In this document: in pieces, positions 56,353 to 64,000 of the stretch
Layout of the letters: the number at the start of each line of letters is the position of its first letter
Position numbering within the stretch: the stretch's first letter is position 1
Source: a virus
IMG/VR virus record: IMGVR_UViG_3300031576_000028
Coordinates: 1 to 64,000 of that record
Direction: 5' to 3' (one strand)
Length of the DNA: 64,000 nucleotides
Program-made: the position numbers and the translations under genes
Notes under the pieces: generated by a model
What the model was told of the DNA's origin: nothing
Databases searched by the model: none
What the model saw: only the letters and a program-made list of their open reading frames with translations

Positions 56353-57113
56353 CGGACCCCGATGTACTTGTGCTGCTGGAGCGACAGGCGCCAGCGCGGG
56401 TTCCGCCTGACGAAGTCGACGCACAGGTTGACGTTGGCCGAGTAGATCTGACCAGCGACGCCGGAGCCAAGCGAGTGGTTCTTGATCGACCTGCCGTGCG
56501 TCAGCGCGGTGAGCTCGACGGTGGTCGGGTCGGTCACGTCCTGCGGCTGGACGAACAGATGCCCCCAGTCGCCCTGGTCGGCGAGGCCGAGAAGCTCCCC
56601 GTCCGACCACTGGTGCTCGGGCGGGGCGGCCGGGACGCCTCCCGGGAGGACGACCTTCAACTCCTCAGCCCGCCACACCACGAGCGTCGAGCCGCGCTTG
56701 GGGGAGACGCAGACGTGGTCGATGATGTCGAGCGCCTCGCACTGGTTGGTCCCGTTGGTCTCGATCGAGGTGAACCACCCCTCGTGCTTCAGCGCCTTCG
56801 CCAGCGCGAGGTCCAGCTGGAGCGTCGGCTCGCCGCCGGAGATCACGACCATGCGGCCGAGGTCTCCGGCCCCGCCCTGCTGCCAGTTGGCCTCGAGGCG
56901 CGTGAGGACCTCGGCCAGATCCTGCGAGTCGCCTTTGGCGAAGTTCGTGTCGCACCACATGGCGCAGGCCCCAGAGCCCTTGGCTCGGTCCTCTGGGCGC
57001 CCGTTCCACTGATTGCACCCCGACAGGCGCAGGAAGACGCAGGCGCGCCCGGCCAAGAGGCCCTCGCCCTGCAGCGTCGGGAAGATCTCGACCACTCCGT
57101 ACTTGCTAGACAT
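56349..57113 (-). CDS. queE: 7-carboxy-7-deazaguanine synthase (radical SAM)
   Basis: EIFPTLQGEG..AGR..VFLRLSGCN...C..WCDT, SGGEPTLQL, IETNGT, CVSPK, WRLSLQQHKYIG. Confidence 0.95.
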   Translation of the reverse strand: MSSKYGVVEIFPTLQGEGLLAGRACVFLRLSGCNQWNGRPEDRAKGSGACAMWCDTNFAKGDSQDLAEVLTRLEANWQQGGAGDLGRMVVISGGEPTLQLDLALAKALKHEGWFTSIETNGTNQCEALDIIDHVCVSPKRGSTLVVWRAEELKVVLPGGVPAAPPEHQWSDGELLGLADQGDWGHLFVQPQDVTDPTTVELTALTHGRSIKNHSLGSGVAGQIYSANVNLCVDFVRRNPRWRLSLQQHKYIGVR

Positions 57114-57606
57114 CGCGCCAGGTCCTTCCGTAGATCGCCGAGGCCATCGAGGTCTGGGAGACCCCGTACTTCTCGGCGAGGGTCTTGATCGACCAGCCGA
57201 GGGCCTTGAGGTTGTAGAGCATGCGGGCCTCGCGCACGGTCTCAATAGTTAGCTTGGACGCGTGGTGCCGCTCACCCCTGACGGGGTTGCTCCTCCGGCG
57301 GCCGCGGGCGTCCATGTCCGCGGTGTTCTCCTTGTGAGTGCCGATCACGAGGTGCCGCGGGTTCACGCAGGCGGGGACGTCGCACGTGTGGCGCACGACG
57401 AAGCCGCGCTGCCGGATGCCGGCGTGGGCGAGCTCCCAGGCGAAGCAGTGGGCGCCGACGAGCACGCCGCCGCCGCGGTTGAAGATCCCGTAGGTCGGCT
57501 CGCCGTCCTCGGTGGCGAGCGCCCCTGTCCAGATCCAGCACCCCGAGGGGTCCCTGCGGACGTGGCGCCAGAAGCGCCTCGCCGGGTCCTCAGCGCGCCG
57601 GGCCAA
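57106..57606 (-). CDS. HNH homing endonuclease between queD and queE
   Basis: RFWRHV...CWIWTG...AHCFAWE...VRHTCDVPACVNPRHLVIGTHKENTADM. Confidence 0.9.
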   Translation of the reverse strand: MARRAEDPARRFWRHVRRDPSGCWIWTGALATEDGEPTYGIFNRGGGVLVGAHCFAWELAHAGIRQRGFVVRHTCDVPACVNPRHLVIGTHKENTADMDARGRRRSNPVRGERHHASKLTIETVREARMLYNLKALGWSIKTLAEKYGVSQTSMASAIYGRTWRDV

Positions 57607-57609
57607 GCC

Positions 57610-58023
57610 TCACCGAGCCTTCGCCCTGCAGTTCAGCGTCTCCCACAGGACCACCTCCACGACCGTGATCCCGTAGTCGGACATCAGGTCGCGAGCCTTC
57701 GCGAGGAAGCGCATGGCGATGTTCTCGGCCGTGGGCGGCGCGGGGAGGGCCTCGCACTTCTGCCCGTCGCGGAGCAAGAAGGTGCCGAGCGGGTCGCCCT
57801 CCTGATAGAGGAAGCCGTGGTCCCAGTGCGCGTCGAGCCAGCCGCCGAGGACCTGCTTGACGACCGAGAAGTCGATCACGCGGCCGAGGTGATCGAGATC
57901 GACCGCCGAGCACTCGACCTCAAAGACGTAGCGGTGGCCGTGCGCGTTCCGGCATTTGCCCTCGTGACCCATCAGCCTGTGGCCGGCGTCGATCTCGAGG
58001 CGCTGGACGATGTTCGCGCTCAC
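57610..58023 (-). CDS. queD: 6-carboxy-5,6,7,8-tetrahydropterin synthase
   Basis: DAGHRL..HEGKCRNAHGHRY, DFS.VK, WDHGFL, PTAENIA, LWET. Confidence 0.95.
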   Translation of the reverse strand: MSANIVQRLEIDAGHRLMGHEGKCRNAHGHRYVFEVECSAVDLDHLGRVIDFSVVKQVLGGWLDAHWDHGFLYQEGDPLGTFLLRDGQKCEALPAPPTAENIAMRFLAKARDLMSDYGITVVEVVLWETLNCRAKAR

Positions 58024-58811
58024 GACTGCACAGCCTTCTTGGCGCGCCTGGGGGCCGGCGCCGGGACCGCCGCGGCCTTGGCCGCCACCTGCGCGTCGAC
58101 CTGAGCCGCCGTCGCCTGGAGTCGCTCGACCCAGTCCCGGAGGACGGTCTCGGGGTTGCTGCTCCCCACCGCGGCCGCGCTGCGGTTGAACTCGGTCATC
58201 AGCTCGTCGTGGAGCCTGACGGGGATCGACCCCTTCGAGGTGCCGAGCTGGAAGCGGCGCTCGCCGCCGATGTTAGCGGGCTCCTGCGGGCGGGCCGGCG
58301 TGTCGGGGAGCGTCGCCTCGACCGCGCCCCAGTCGAACTGGGTGGTCGACTTGACGAGGCTGTCGAGCTCGACGGCGGTCATCGGCAGCTCCTTGGCGAG
58401 GTCCTCGATCGAGGTCGAGTCGCTGAGGTCCTTGATGAGGGCCGCGAGGAGGACGGGCTCCGGGGCGCCGCGCAGCTCGTTGGCGATGATCGTCAGCTTC
58501 TTGGCCTTGGCGTCGTCCATGACGCCGAGGTTGATGGCGGGCACCTCCGTCATGCCCTCGGCGGTCGCCGCCTTCCACCTGTGCTCCCCGTCGATGATCT
58601 CGTAGAGGTAGAGGTTGCTAGGGTCGTTCACGATCACCCGAACCTTGATGGGCTCCACGAACCCGTAGGTGCGGATCGAGAGGCGCTCCTTCTCGAACAT
58701 CGCCTCGGACATTTTATTGGGGTTCCATGGATTTTTTCTGCATCGGCTGAGATCGACCATCTCGGCCTTGAGACCCTTGCCCCAGCTCAGCGTCTGCTTC
58801 TTCTCGCTCAT
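58020..58811 (-). CDS. ParB/Srx N-terminal domain protein
   Basis: NPWNPNKMS...SIRTYGFVEPI...YEIIDGEHRWKAA...NELRG. Confidence 0.88.
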   Translation of the reverse strand: MSEKKQTLSWGKGLKAEMVDLSRCRKNPWNPNKMSEAMFEKERLSIRTYGFVEPIKVRVIVNDPSNLYLYEIIDGEHRWKAATAEGMTEVPAINLGVMDDAKAKKLTIIANELRGAPEPVLLAALIKDLSDSTSIEDLAKELPMTAVELDSLVKSTTQFDWGAVEATLPDTPARPQEPANIGGERRFQLGTSKGSIPVRLHDELMTEFNRSAAAVGSSNPETVLRDWVERLQATAAQVDAQVAAKAAAVPAPAPRRAKKAVQS

Positions 58812-59737
58812 CTTGGCATCCTCGGGTTGGCTATCGCGGCGTCCCAGTCTACACCGCGGGCGCGCCAGATGTCAGTCACGTGCCTCTCGGCCTCGATCCA
58901 GGCCCTGGCAGAGGCTACCAGGCAGTCAACGCGCAGGCGGGACGTGGTCCCATTGCGAGGCATGATCCCGTACCACGACGGGCGCAGCATGGACTCACCG
59001 AGGCCCTCGCCCTGGTGGCGGATGTTCACGACGCCGCCCGCGCGGGTACTCATGACGTAGCTGCCCTGGGAGGTCGGCGTGATCCACGAGCTCGAGTCCA
59101 CGGAGTAGAACGGCCACTTCTGGATCGCCTCCTGCGAGGTCATCCGGAACGCGTGCACGCGCACGCCTCGGGCGTAGGCCTCCTTGAGGAAGCGGGTATA
59201 GTCGAGCGGGTCGCGGTTGAGCTGGTTGCCCTCGATCGCCACGTAGTTGGAGCGCCCGGGCCTGCGGCACTCCTCCAGCAGCTCGATCCAGTACGCCCAG
59301 TCCTGGTCGCTGTGCCAGACGTTGACGAGGCCGGCGCCGAGGCCGGCCCCGATGATCTTGTCGCGCTGCCTGTGCACCCAGTCGTAGGACGCCATCATCG
59401 CGATGTCGAGTTCGATCCACAGGTCGGCGAGGCCGGCCGTGCGGAGCCACCTGAGCCACTCGATGTAGCGCGCGAGGAACGCGTCGTAGTCGACGTCCTC
59501 GGCGTTGGCGCTGCCCGACGTCGACACGAGGTCGCTGACGCTCGTGCGCAGCGTGAAGGCCCCCGAGTCGATCAGCCTCAGGCCGGCCTGACGCAGGCAC
59601 TGGAGCCACACGTCGCGGTAAGTCTTGCGGAGGTACCCCGCGTAGAAGAAGGACGTGAGGACGTGCTGGGCCCCGGCGTGGACCGCGGCACTCGCGTGCT
59701 CCCGAGAAGACTCGATGGCTGCGAGGAAGATCTTCAT
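58808..59737 (-). CDS. dpdA: TGT/DpdA-like 7-deazaguanine base-exchange (transglycosylase) family protein
   Basis: LIDSGAFT, ELDI, VWH, YVAIEG, VHAF and PFYSVDSSSW TGT-fold motifs; inside the que operon; subfamily not determined. Confidence 0.7.
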   Translation of the reverse strand: MKIFLAAIESSREHASAAVHAGAQHVLTSFFYAGYLRKTYRDVWLQCLRQAGLRLIDSGAFTLRTSVSDLVSTSGSANAEDVDYDAFLARYIEWLRWLRTAGLADLWIELDIAMMASYDWVHRQRDKIIGAGLGAGLVNVWHSDQDWAYWIELLEECRRPGRSNYVAIEGNQLNRDPLDYTRFLKEAYARGVRVHAFRMTSQEAIQKWPFYSVDSSSWITPTSQGSYVMSTRAGGVVNIRHQGEGLGESMLRPSWYGIMPRNGTTSRLRVDCLVASARAWIEAERHVTDIWRARGVDWDAAIANPRMPR

Positions 59738-60210
59738 CGGCCGCGGTCCATCTTGTAGTCGGGCGGAGTCGATCGTACGCCGTCGCGGACAGCCCAGGTG
59801 ACCAGCGAGTACGGCACACCAACCGTGACCTGGTCGTTGGCGCGCAGCTTCTCCATCCACGGAGCGCGCATGTTGGCTCGCACCATCAAGGTGGCTCGCC
59901 AGAGGATCGGCCACGTGAGGCGGTCATCGACGTCGTCCTCGTTGACCGCGATCGTCAGGTGCCCCTTGGTGCGCGGAAGGACGTGCTGCTGGACCCAGGC
60001 CCAGTCGGTGAAGTTCTCAGTTAGGAACACGTGTCGGACGCGACTCGTGGACAGGCGCCGCTGCAGCTCCGCGAGGTCGCCTGGGTCCTGCGGCACCGAG
60101 TCGATGAACGCGGTCGGCACTCGGTGCCGGGCCAGCGCGCCCTCGACCTCTAGGCCGTACCAGATCGCCGTTCGACCGACGCCGACGTCCGGACCAGCTG
60201 GGTGGGTCAC
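59734..60210 (-). CDS. Unknown protein coupled between the glycosyltransferase and the DpdA-like gene
   Basis: GTGA/ATGA overlaps; WYGLEVEG...TAF N-terminus, DYxxD C-terminus. Confidence 0.7.
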   Translation of the reverse strand: MTHPAGPDVGVGRTAIWYGLEVEGALARHRVPTAFIDSVPQDPGDLAELQRRLSTSRVRHVFLTENFTDWAWVQQHVLPRTKGHLTIAVNEDDVDDRLTWPILWRATLMVRANMRAPWMEKLRANDQVTVGVPYSLVTWAVRDGVRSTPPDYKMDRGR

Positions 60211-61208
60211 TGGACTCCCAGCAGGCGGGCGATCCTGGGGATGGCGTAGTGCCCGGGCGCCGGGTCGAGGTGGTAGGGCTCCGACGCGTCTAGCGCGCGC
60301 CTGATCAGGAACGCCGCGCCCGCGATGGAGGAGTACTGGTGCTCGCGCTCGTAGAGCTCGAGGTACGAGAGGCGGGCGGGGACGACCGGGCGGCACCCGA
60401 GCGAGGCAGCCTCGAGCATCGCGATCCCCCAGGTCTCCTGCCGCGCCGACGAGAAGGCCACGCGGCTGTCGCCGAGGAGCGCGTAGTACTCCTGCTTGGT
60501 CTGGAAGCAGTCCTTGGTGCGCAGCCACTCGACCTGGTCGTCGGGGTAGGCGTCGGCGTAGGCCGACATCACATCCGCGAACTCCCACGGCGCCTTCTCC
60601 GGCGCGAGCCTGTGCGGGAACACGACCCGCCGCGGCCGGTCGTGCCAGGGCCTCGAGTACGACGACCACTCCTCGTCGAGGAGCGGGAAGCCCGTCACGT
60701 GGATCTTCGCTCGCGAGCAGCCGGCCCCCACAAGCATATCGCAGTGTAATTCCGTCGCCACGGCCACAACGTCGTAGATCTCGAACAGGGCCCTCTCGAA
60801 GCTCGGCGCCCAGCGACGCACTAGATCGGAGCGCCCCAGGAGGTCGTGCGGGTCGTAGGAGCCGGCATGGAAGAGGCCCGCGATCTTGAACGACACGCCA
60901 CCGAGGTCGCGCATGTACGCGAGCTGGACAGCGGCCGGACTCCACGCGTCGAGGCAGAGGACCCAGTCGCCGTCGCGGACTGAGCCTCCCCTCAGCTGGT
61001 GGCAGAACGCCGACAGCTGCGTCGACTTCCACAGGTTGGTGTCGACGACGTCGAGGAACTCGCCCTGGGTGATCTTCTCCTCCGCGTGGACACCAACCAC
61101 GGTCACGTACTCCGCGCCAAGCCTGGCGAGGGTGTCCGGGAACCAGCGCATCCACTGAGCGCTGTACCTTTCTTCCAATGGCTCGATAGGCATGATCCAG
61201 ATGGTCAT
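60207..61208 (-). CDS. GT-B glycosyltransferase (GT4-like; C-terminus resembles GTDC1/QTMAN)
   Basis: VFPHRLAPEK...KQEYYALL..SRVAFSSARQETWGIAMLEAASLGCRPVVPARLSYLELY (E-x7-E motif). Confidence 0.85.
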   Translation of the reverse strand: MTIWIMPIEPLEERYSAQWMRWFPDTLARLGAEYVTVVGVHAEEKITQGEFLDVVDTNLWKSTQLSAFCHQLRGGSVRDGDWVLCLDAWSPAAVQLAYMRDLGGVSFKIAGLFHAGSYDPHDLLGRSDLVRRWAPSFERALFEIYDVVAVATELHCDMLVGAGCSRAKIHVTGFPLLDEEWSSYSRPWHDRPRRVVFPHRLAPEKAPWEFADVMSAYADAYPDDQVEWLRTKDCFQTKQEYYALLGDSRVAFSSARQETWGIAMLEAASLGCRPVVPARLSYLELYEREHQYSSIAGAAFLIRRALDASEPYHLDPAPGHYAIPRIARLLGVQ

Positions 61209-61570
61209 CGGCTAGTCTCCGCCAGCTCCACCCGCGACCCGTTCTCGCCGTCCTCCCAGGCCTCGACCCAGGACACGACGTAGCCCTGGGAGCCTAGGTG
61301 GGAGGCGAGCTCTCTGGCGATCATCTCGCAACTGCGGGAACCGAAGTCGTGGCCGTCGTCACGGAACGATCTTCTAACGTCGTTCTGTAGGGTATGGAAC
61401 TCGACCTCGCGGTTGGAGTGGCTGACCACCACCGACGCGATGATCAGGAACATGTGTCGGTGCCGGTGCGAGAGGTACGAGACCTCTGGTGGCGCGCCGG
61501 GCCAGTAGTGGAACCCCGGCACTCTGTGGGTGACCATCACGGTAGTCTTCTCGGTCCTGATCTCGTTCAT
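61205..61570 (-). CDS. dpdL: QueD-like T-fold protein, DpdL-type (putative CDG decarboxylase)
   Basis: GFHYWPGAP..VSYLSHRHRHMF (LxxxHRHxF), REVEF, SCEMIA, EDGENG. Confidence 0.65.
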   Translation of the reverse strand: MNEIRTEKTTVMVTHRVPGFHYWPGAPPEVSYLSHRHRHMFLIIASVVVSHSNREVEFHTLQNDVRRSFRDDGHDFGSRSCEMIARELASHLGSQGYVVSWVEAWEDGENGSRVELAETSR

Positions 61571-61589
61571 CGTAGACTCCGGGAGGTGA

Positions 61590-63221
61590 TCACGTAACCT
61601 GCCCTCCGTCAACCCTCAGCCTGACGTCGGCGCGCGTGGACGCGAGCTGCTCATCGTGCGTGATGAGCACGACGCACCTGTCTCTCGCGAGGGAGGCGAC
61701 GACGTCCATCACGGCCTCGCGGCCGTCGGAGTCTAGGCTGTCGAACACCTCGTCGAAGAACAGCGGCGAGCGCCAGCTGCCGCCGCCCTGGACGCCGGAC
61801 GCCAGCTCTGCGAGGGACATCAGGATCGCCACGTCGACTCGGCGGCGCTCGCCCGCCGAGGCCCCAAGGTATCCGCCATCGCCGCCGGCGCCCGAGAGCC
61901 CGAGCGAGATCGAGTCGACCTGCCCGCCGGACTTCTTTTCCGTGTACGGCTTGAGGGAGATCCTGACCTCGGACTGCAGACGCCCTATCCAGGTGTTCGC
62001 CAGCGACTCGACCCCGGACAGCGTGCGGCCGAGGAGCAGGGCGCGGGCGCCGCGGATGCCGAGGACCTGCTCGCAGGCCTCGAGCTCGGCGACATCGACG
62101 CTGGCCTGGTCGATGGACGCCTGCACCTCGAGGAGCCGCTCGCTGGTCAGCGCCAGCTTTGGTCCCTGCTCGTCGAGGGCGGCCTGCAGGCGCGTGCGGA
62201 GGACCCTCTGGTGCTCGATGCCGTTGAGCTTGGCGCGGGCGCCGTCGAGGAGGGGGCGCAGGGCCTCGGCCTCCTCGTTCAGCTCCCCCAGCTGGGCGGT
62301 GACCTTCTCCAGATCGACGGACGCGGACGCCACCGCGGCCTCGGCGGCAGCGAGGGCCTCGCGGACCTCGGACTCCAGCCGCGCCCGGACCCCCTTCGTG
62401 ATCAGCTGCCCGCACGCGTGGCAGTCGCCGTCGCCAAGCCGGCTGAGCCTGGAGCGGGCCTGCTGGGCCCTCTCGCGCTCCGCGCCGCCCGCGCCGTGCA
62501 GCCTGTTGCGCCTGCGGTCGAGGTCGACGTACTCGCCGGACACGTCGGCCAGGTGGTCGGTGTACTTGTGGACCTCGACCCTGGCGAGGCCGACCTCGGG
62601 CACCGGCCCAGCCTGCTCCAGCAGCTCCTGCGCCTGGCGCAGCTGCTTGCTGATCCCGTCCAGCCTCTCGCGGAGGAGGTCGCGCTCCCGCTCCGCCTGC
62701 CCGCGCGCCGTCTGGGCGGCACGGAGGTCGTGGCGGCAGGCGACCAGCGCGCGGTCGAACCAGCCGAGGCCGAGGAGGGACTCGAGCAGCTCCTTGCGCT
62801 CGGCGTCCGTCGAGAGGGTGAAGTGGGCGGCGTCGGCCGCGCTGAACACGCAGGTCCGGCGCCACACGTCGAAGGGCCCGACGTACTGGTCGAGCGCCTC
62901 CTGGGCCTTGGTCGTCGTGTCGAACTCGATCATCCCGCCGGCGACCATGCGGCGCCACTTGAGCTGCTTGGCCTTGCCAGTCCACTTGCGCTCGACTACG
63001 ACCTGGGACGCCTGGTCCGTGATCGTCACGTGGCCGGCCTCGGCGCGCCACGGGGACCACCGCAGGCTCCTAGAGCCCTTGCCCCACATGGCGACCCCGA
63101 CGGCCTCCAGGATAGCGCTCTTGCCGGCTCCGTTGGACCCGGTGACCTGGACCACGCCGCGTTCCGGGAGCTCGACCACCGAGTGGTCGTGGCTCATAAA
63201 ATTGGTCAGCTCGATGATCAC
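61590..63221 (-). CDS. SbcC/Rad50-like SMC ATPase
   Basis: Walker A GSNGAGKS, coiled coil with CHAC zinc hook, SAGERRR signature, FFDEVFDSLD, ITH. Confidence 0.93.
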   Translation of the reverse strand: MIIELTNFMSHDHSVVELPERGVVQVTGSNGAGKSAILEAVGVAMWGKGSRSLRWSPWRAEAGHVTITDQASQVVVERKWTGKAKQLKWRRMVAGGMIEFDTTTKAQEALDQYVGPFDVWRRTCVFSAADAAHFTLSTDAERKELLESLLGLGWFDRALVACRHDLRAAQTARGQAERERDLLRERLDGISKQLRQAQELLEQAGPVPEVGLARVEVHKYTDHLADVSGEYVDLDRRRNRLHGAGGAERERAQQARSRLSRLGDGDCHACGQLITKGVRARLESEVREALAAAEAAVASASVDLEKVTAQLGELNEEAEALRPLLDGARAKLNGIEHQRVLRTRLQAALDEQGPKLALTSERLLEVQASIDQASVDVAELEACEQVLGIRGARALLLGRTLSGVESLANTWIGRLQSEVRISLKPYTEKKSGGQVDSISLGLSGAGGDGGYLGASAGERRRVDVAILMSLAELASGVQGGGSWRSPLFFDEVFDSLDSDGREAVMDVVASLARDRCVVLITHDEQLASTRADVRLRVDGGQVT

Positions 63222-63454
63222 CTGAGGTCAGCCTCCCTAATGGCTACGATCTGCTGGGCGACACTGAGGCACGAGATCGACCCGCACGTGGTGATGCCCC
63301 TCGTCTGGACGTACCGCTTGGATCGCTCCGACCACGGGATGGTGAGCATAAAGCGCATGATGTCGACGTTGGGCGGTTGCCGCAGGCAGACCTCGCATTT
63401 AATATTCCGCCCCAGCGCCGCGGGGAAAACGTCGGCGTCGACCGTCTGGCTCAT
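63218..63454 (-). CDS. Small zinc-binding protein
   Basis: CEVC...CGSISC; coupled at both ends. Confidence 0.6.
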   Translation of the reverse strand: MSQTVDADVFPAALGRNIKCEVCLRQPPNVDIMRFMLTIPWSERSKRYVQTRGITTCGSISCLSVAQQIVAIREADLR

Positions 63455-64000
63455 CCGGCGACCTTCCTGTACTCGGCGAGCCGGCGGGCGACGCCATCCC
63501 GGGTGCCCGGCTCCTCGACCTTGGCGAGGTCGGCGTACGTCTCGGATAGGTCGTCGCGGGCGCTCGCGATCGCAGCCCTCGCGGCCTCTCGCACGGAGAC
63601 GGCCGCCTCGTCCTCACGCACCTCGACGTGGACCATAGCACCGGGGCACTGCCCAAGTAGCCTATCCCTGAAATCGAGCGCTTCTGGCAGCTCGTCCCCC
63701 CTGACCGTCGCGCGGACGTACACGCGGCCGGTTGATAGCTGCGAGTGGTGGCGCAGCAAGGTACCTTCGTAGACGAACTGCTTGAACTCCTCGAGGCCGT
63801 CCGGTTTGAGGAACAACGGCGACGCCATGATGAAGATCCTGGACAGCGAATGCGAACCTGGTTGGTGCATGATCATCGAGCCGGGCACCTGAGGATCAGA
63901 GAACGACGCCGGACAGACCGTCCCGGGGATCACGATGAGTGGAGGGGGTCCGCCGACTGGAGGACCCCACACAGCGTGCGAATGCCAGTTGCCGGCGAAC
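63451..64000 (-). CDS. SbcD/Mre11-like metallophosphoesterase nuclease, C-terminal part (5' end outside the window)
   Basis: FAGNWHSH...IPGTVCPASFSD motifs; upstream of the SbcC-like gene. Confidence 0.75.
   Translation of the reverse strand, partial: FAGNWHSHAVWGPPVGGPPPLIVIPGTVCPASFSDPQVPGSMIMHQPGSHSLSRIFIMASPLFLKPDGLEEFKQFVYEGTLLRHHSQLSTGRVYVRATVRGDELPEALDFRDRLLGQCPGAMVHVEVREDEAAVSVREAARAAIASARDDLSETYADLAKVEEPGTRDGVARRLAEYRKVAG

Overview
The window is a 64-kb internal segment of a very GC-rich (by eye, not computed) tailed dsDNA phage with a contractile tail. A two-component spanin pair points to a diderm host. Layout: (i) 1-4054 (+): small early-type genes, a sigma-70-like factor and a Holliday-junction resolvase. 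(ii) 3969-53373 (-): one long, mostly late-type block, read right to left: probable TerS, a collagen/Gly-rich fibre module with an SLT transglycosylase, many small accessory paralogues, endonuclease VII + TerL, a double-XRE regulator, a UDG-like protein, amidase endolysin, portal, C39 peptidase/DUF192/MuF, HNH, folE, three related micropeptides, scaffold, major capsid, neck, sheath, tube, tail chaperone with a -1 frameshift, tape measure, baseplate, fibres, holin and spanins. (iii) 53462-56352 (+): accessory genes. (iv) 56349-64000 (-): SbcD/SbcC-like nuclease-ATPase followed by a 7-deazaguanine DNA-modification operon (DpdL-like T-fold, GT-B glycosyltransferase, unknown ORF, DpdA/TGT-like, ParB-like, QueD, HNH, QueE). 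The best candidate for a new system is this QueC-less deazaguanine pathway, whose glycosyltransferase resembles the queuosine mannosyltransferase QTMAN/GTDC1 and may make a sugar-decorated 7-deazaguanine in DNA. Other notable signals: many extended -10 leaderless promoters, a pseudoknot ahead of the scaffold gene, and in-frame TAGs and single-base frameshifts confined to accessory genes. I saw no integrase, DNA polymerase, tRNA or CRISPR array. All family calls rest on motif recognition and gene order, not database searches.
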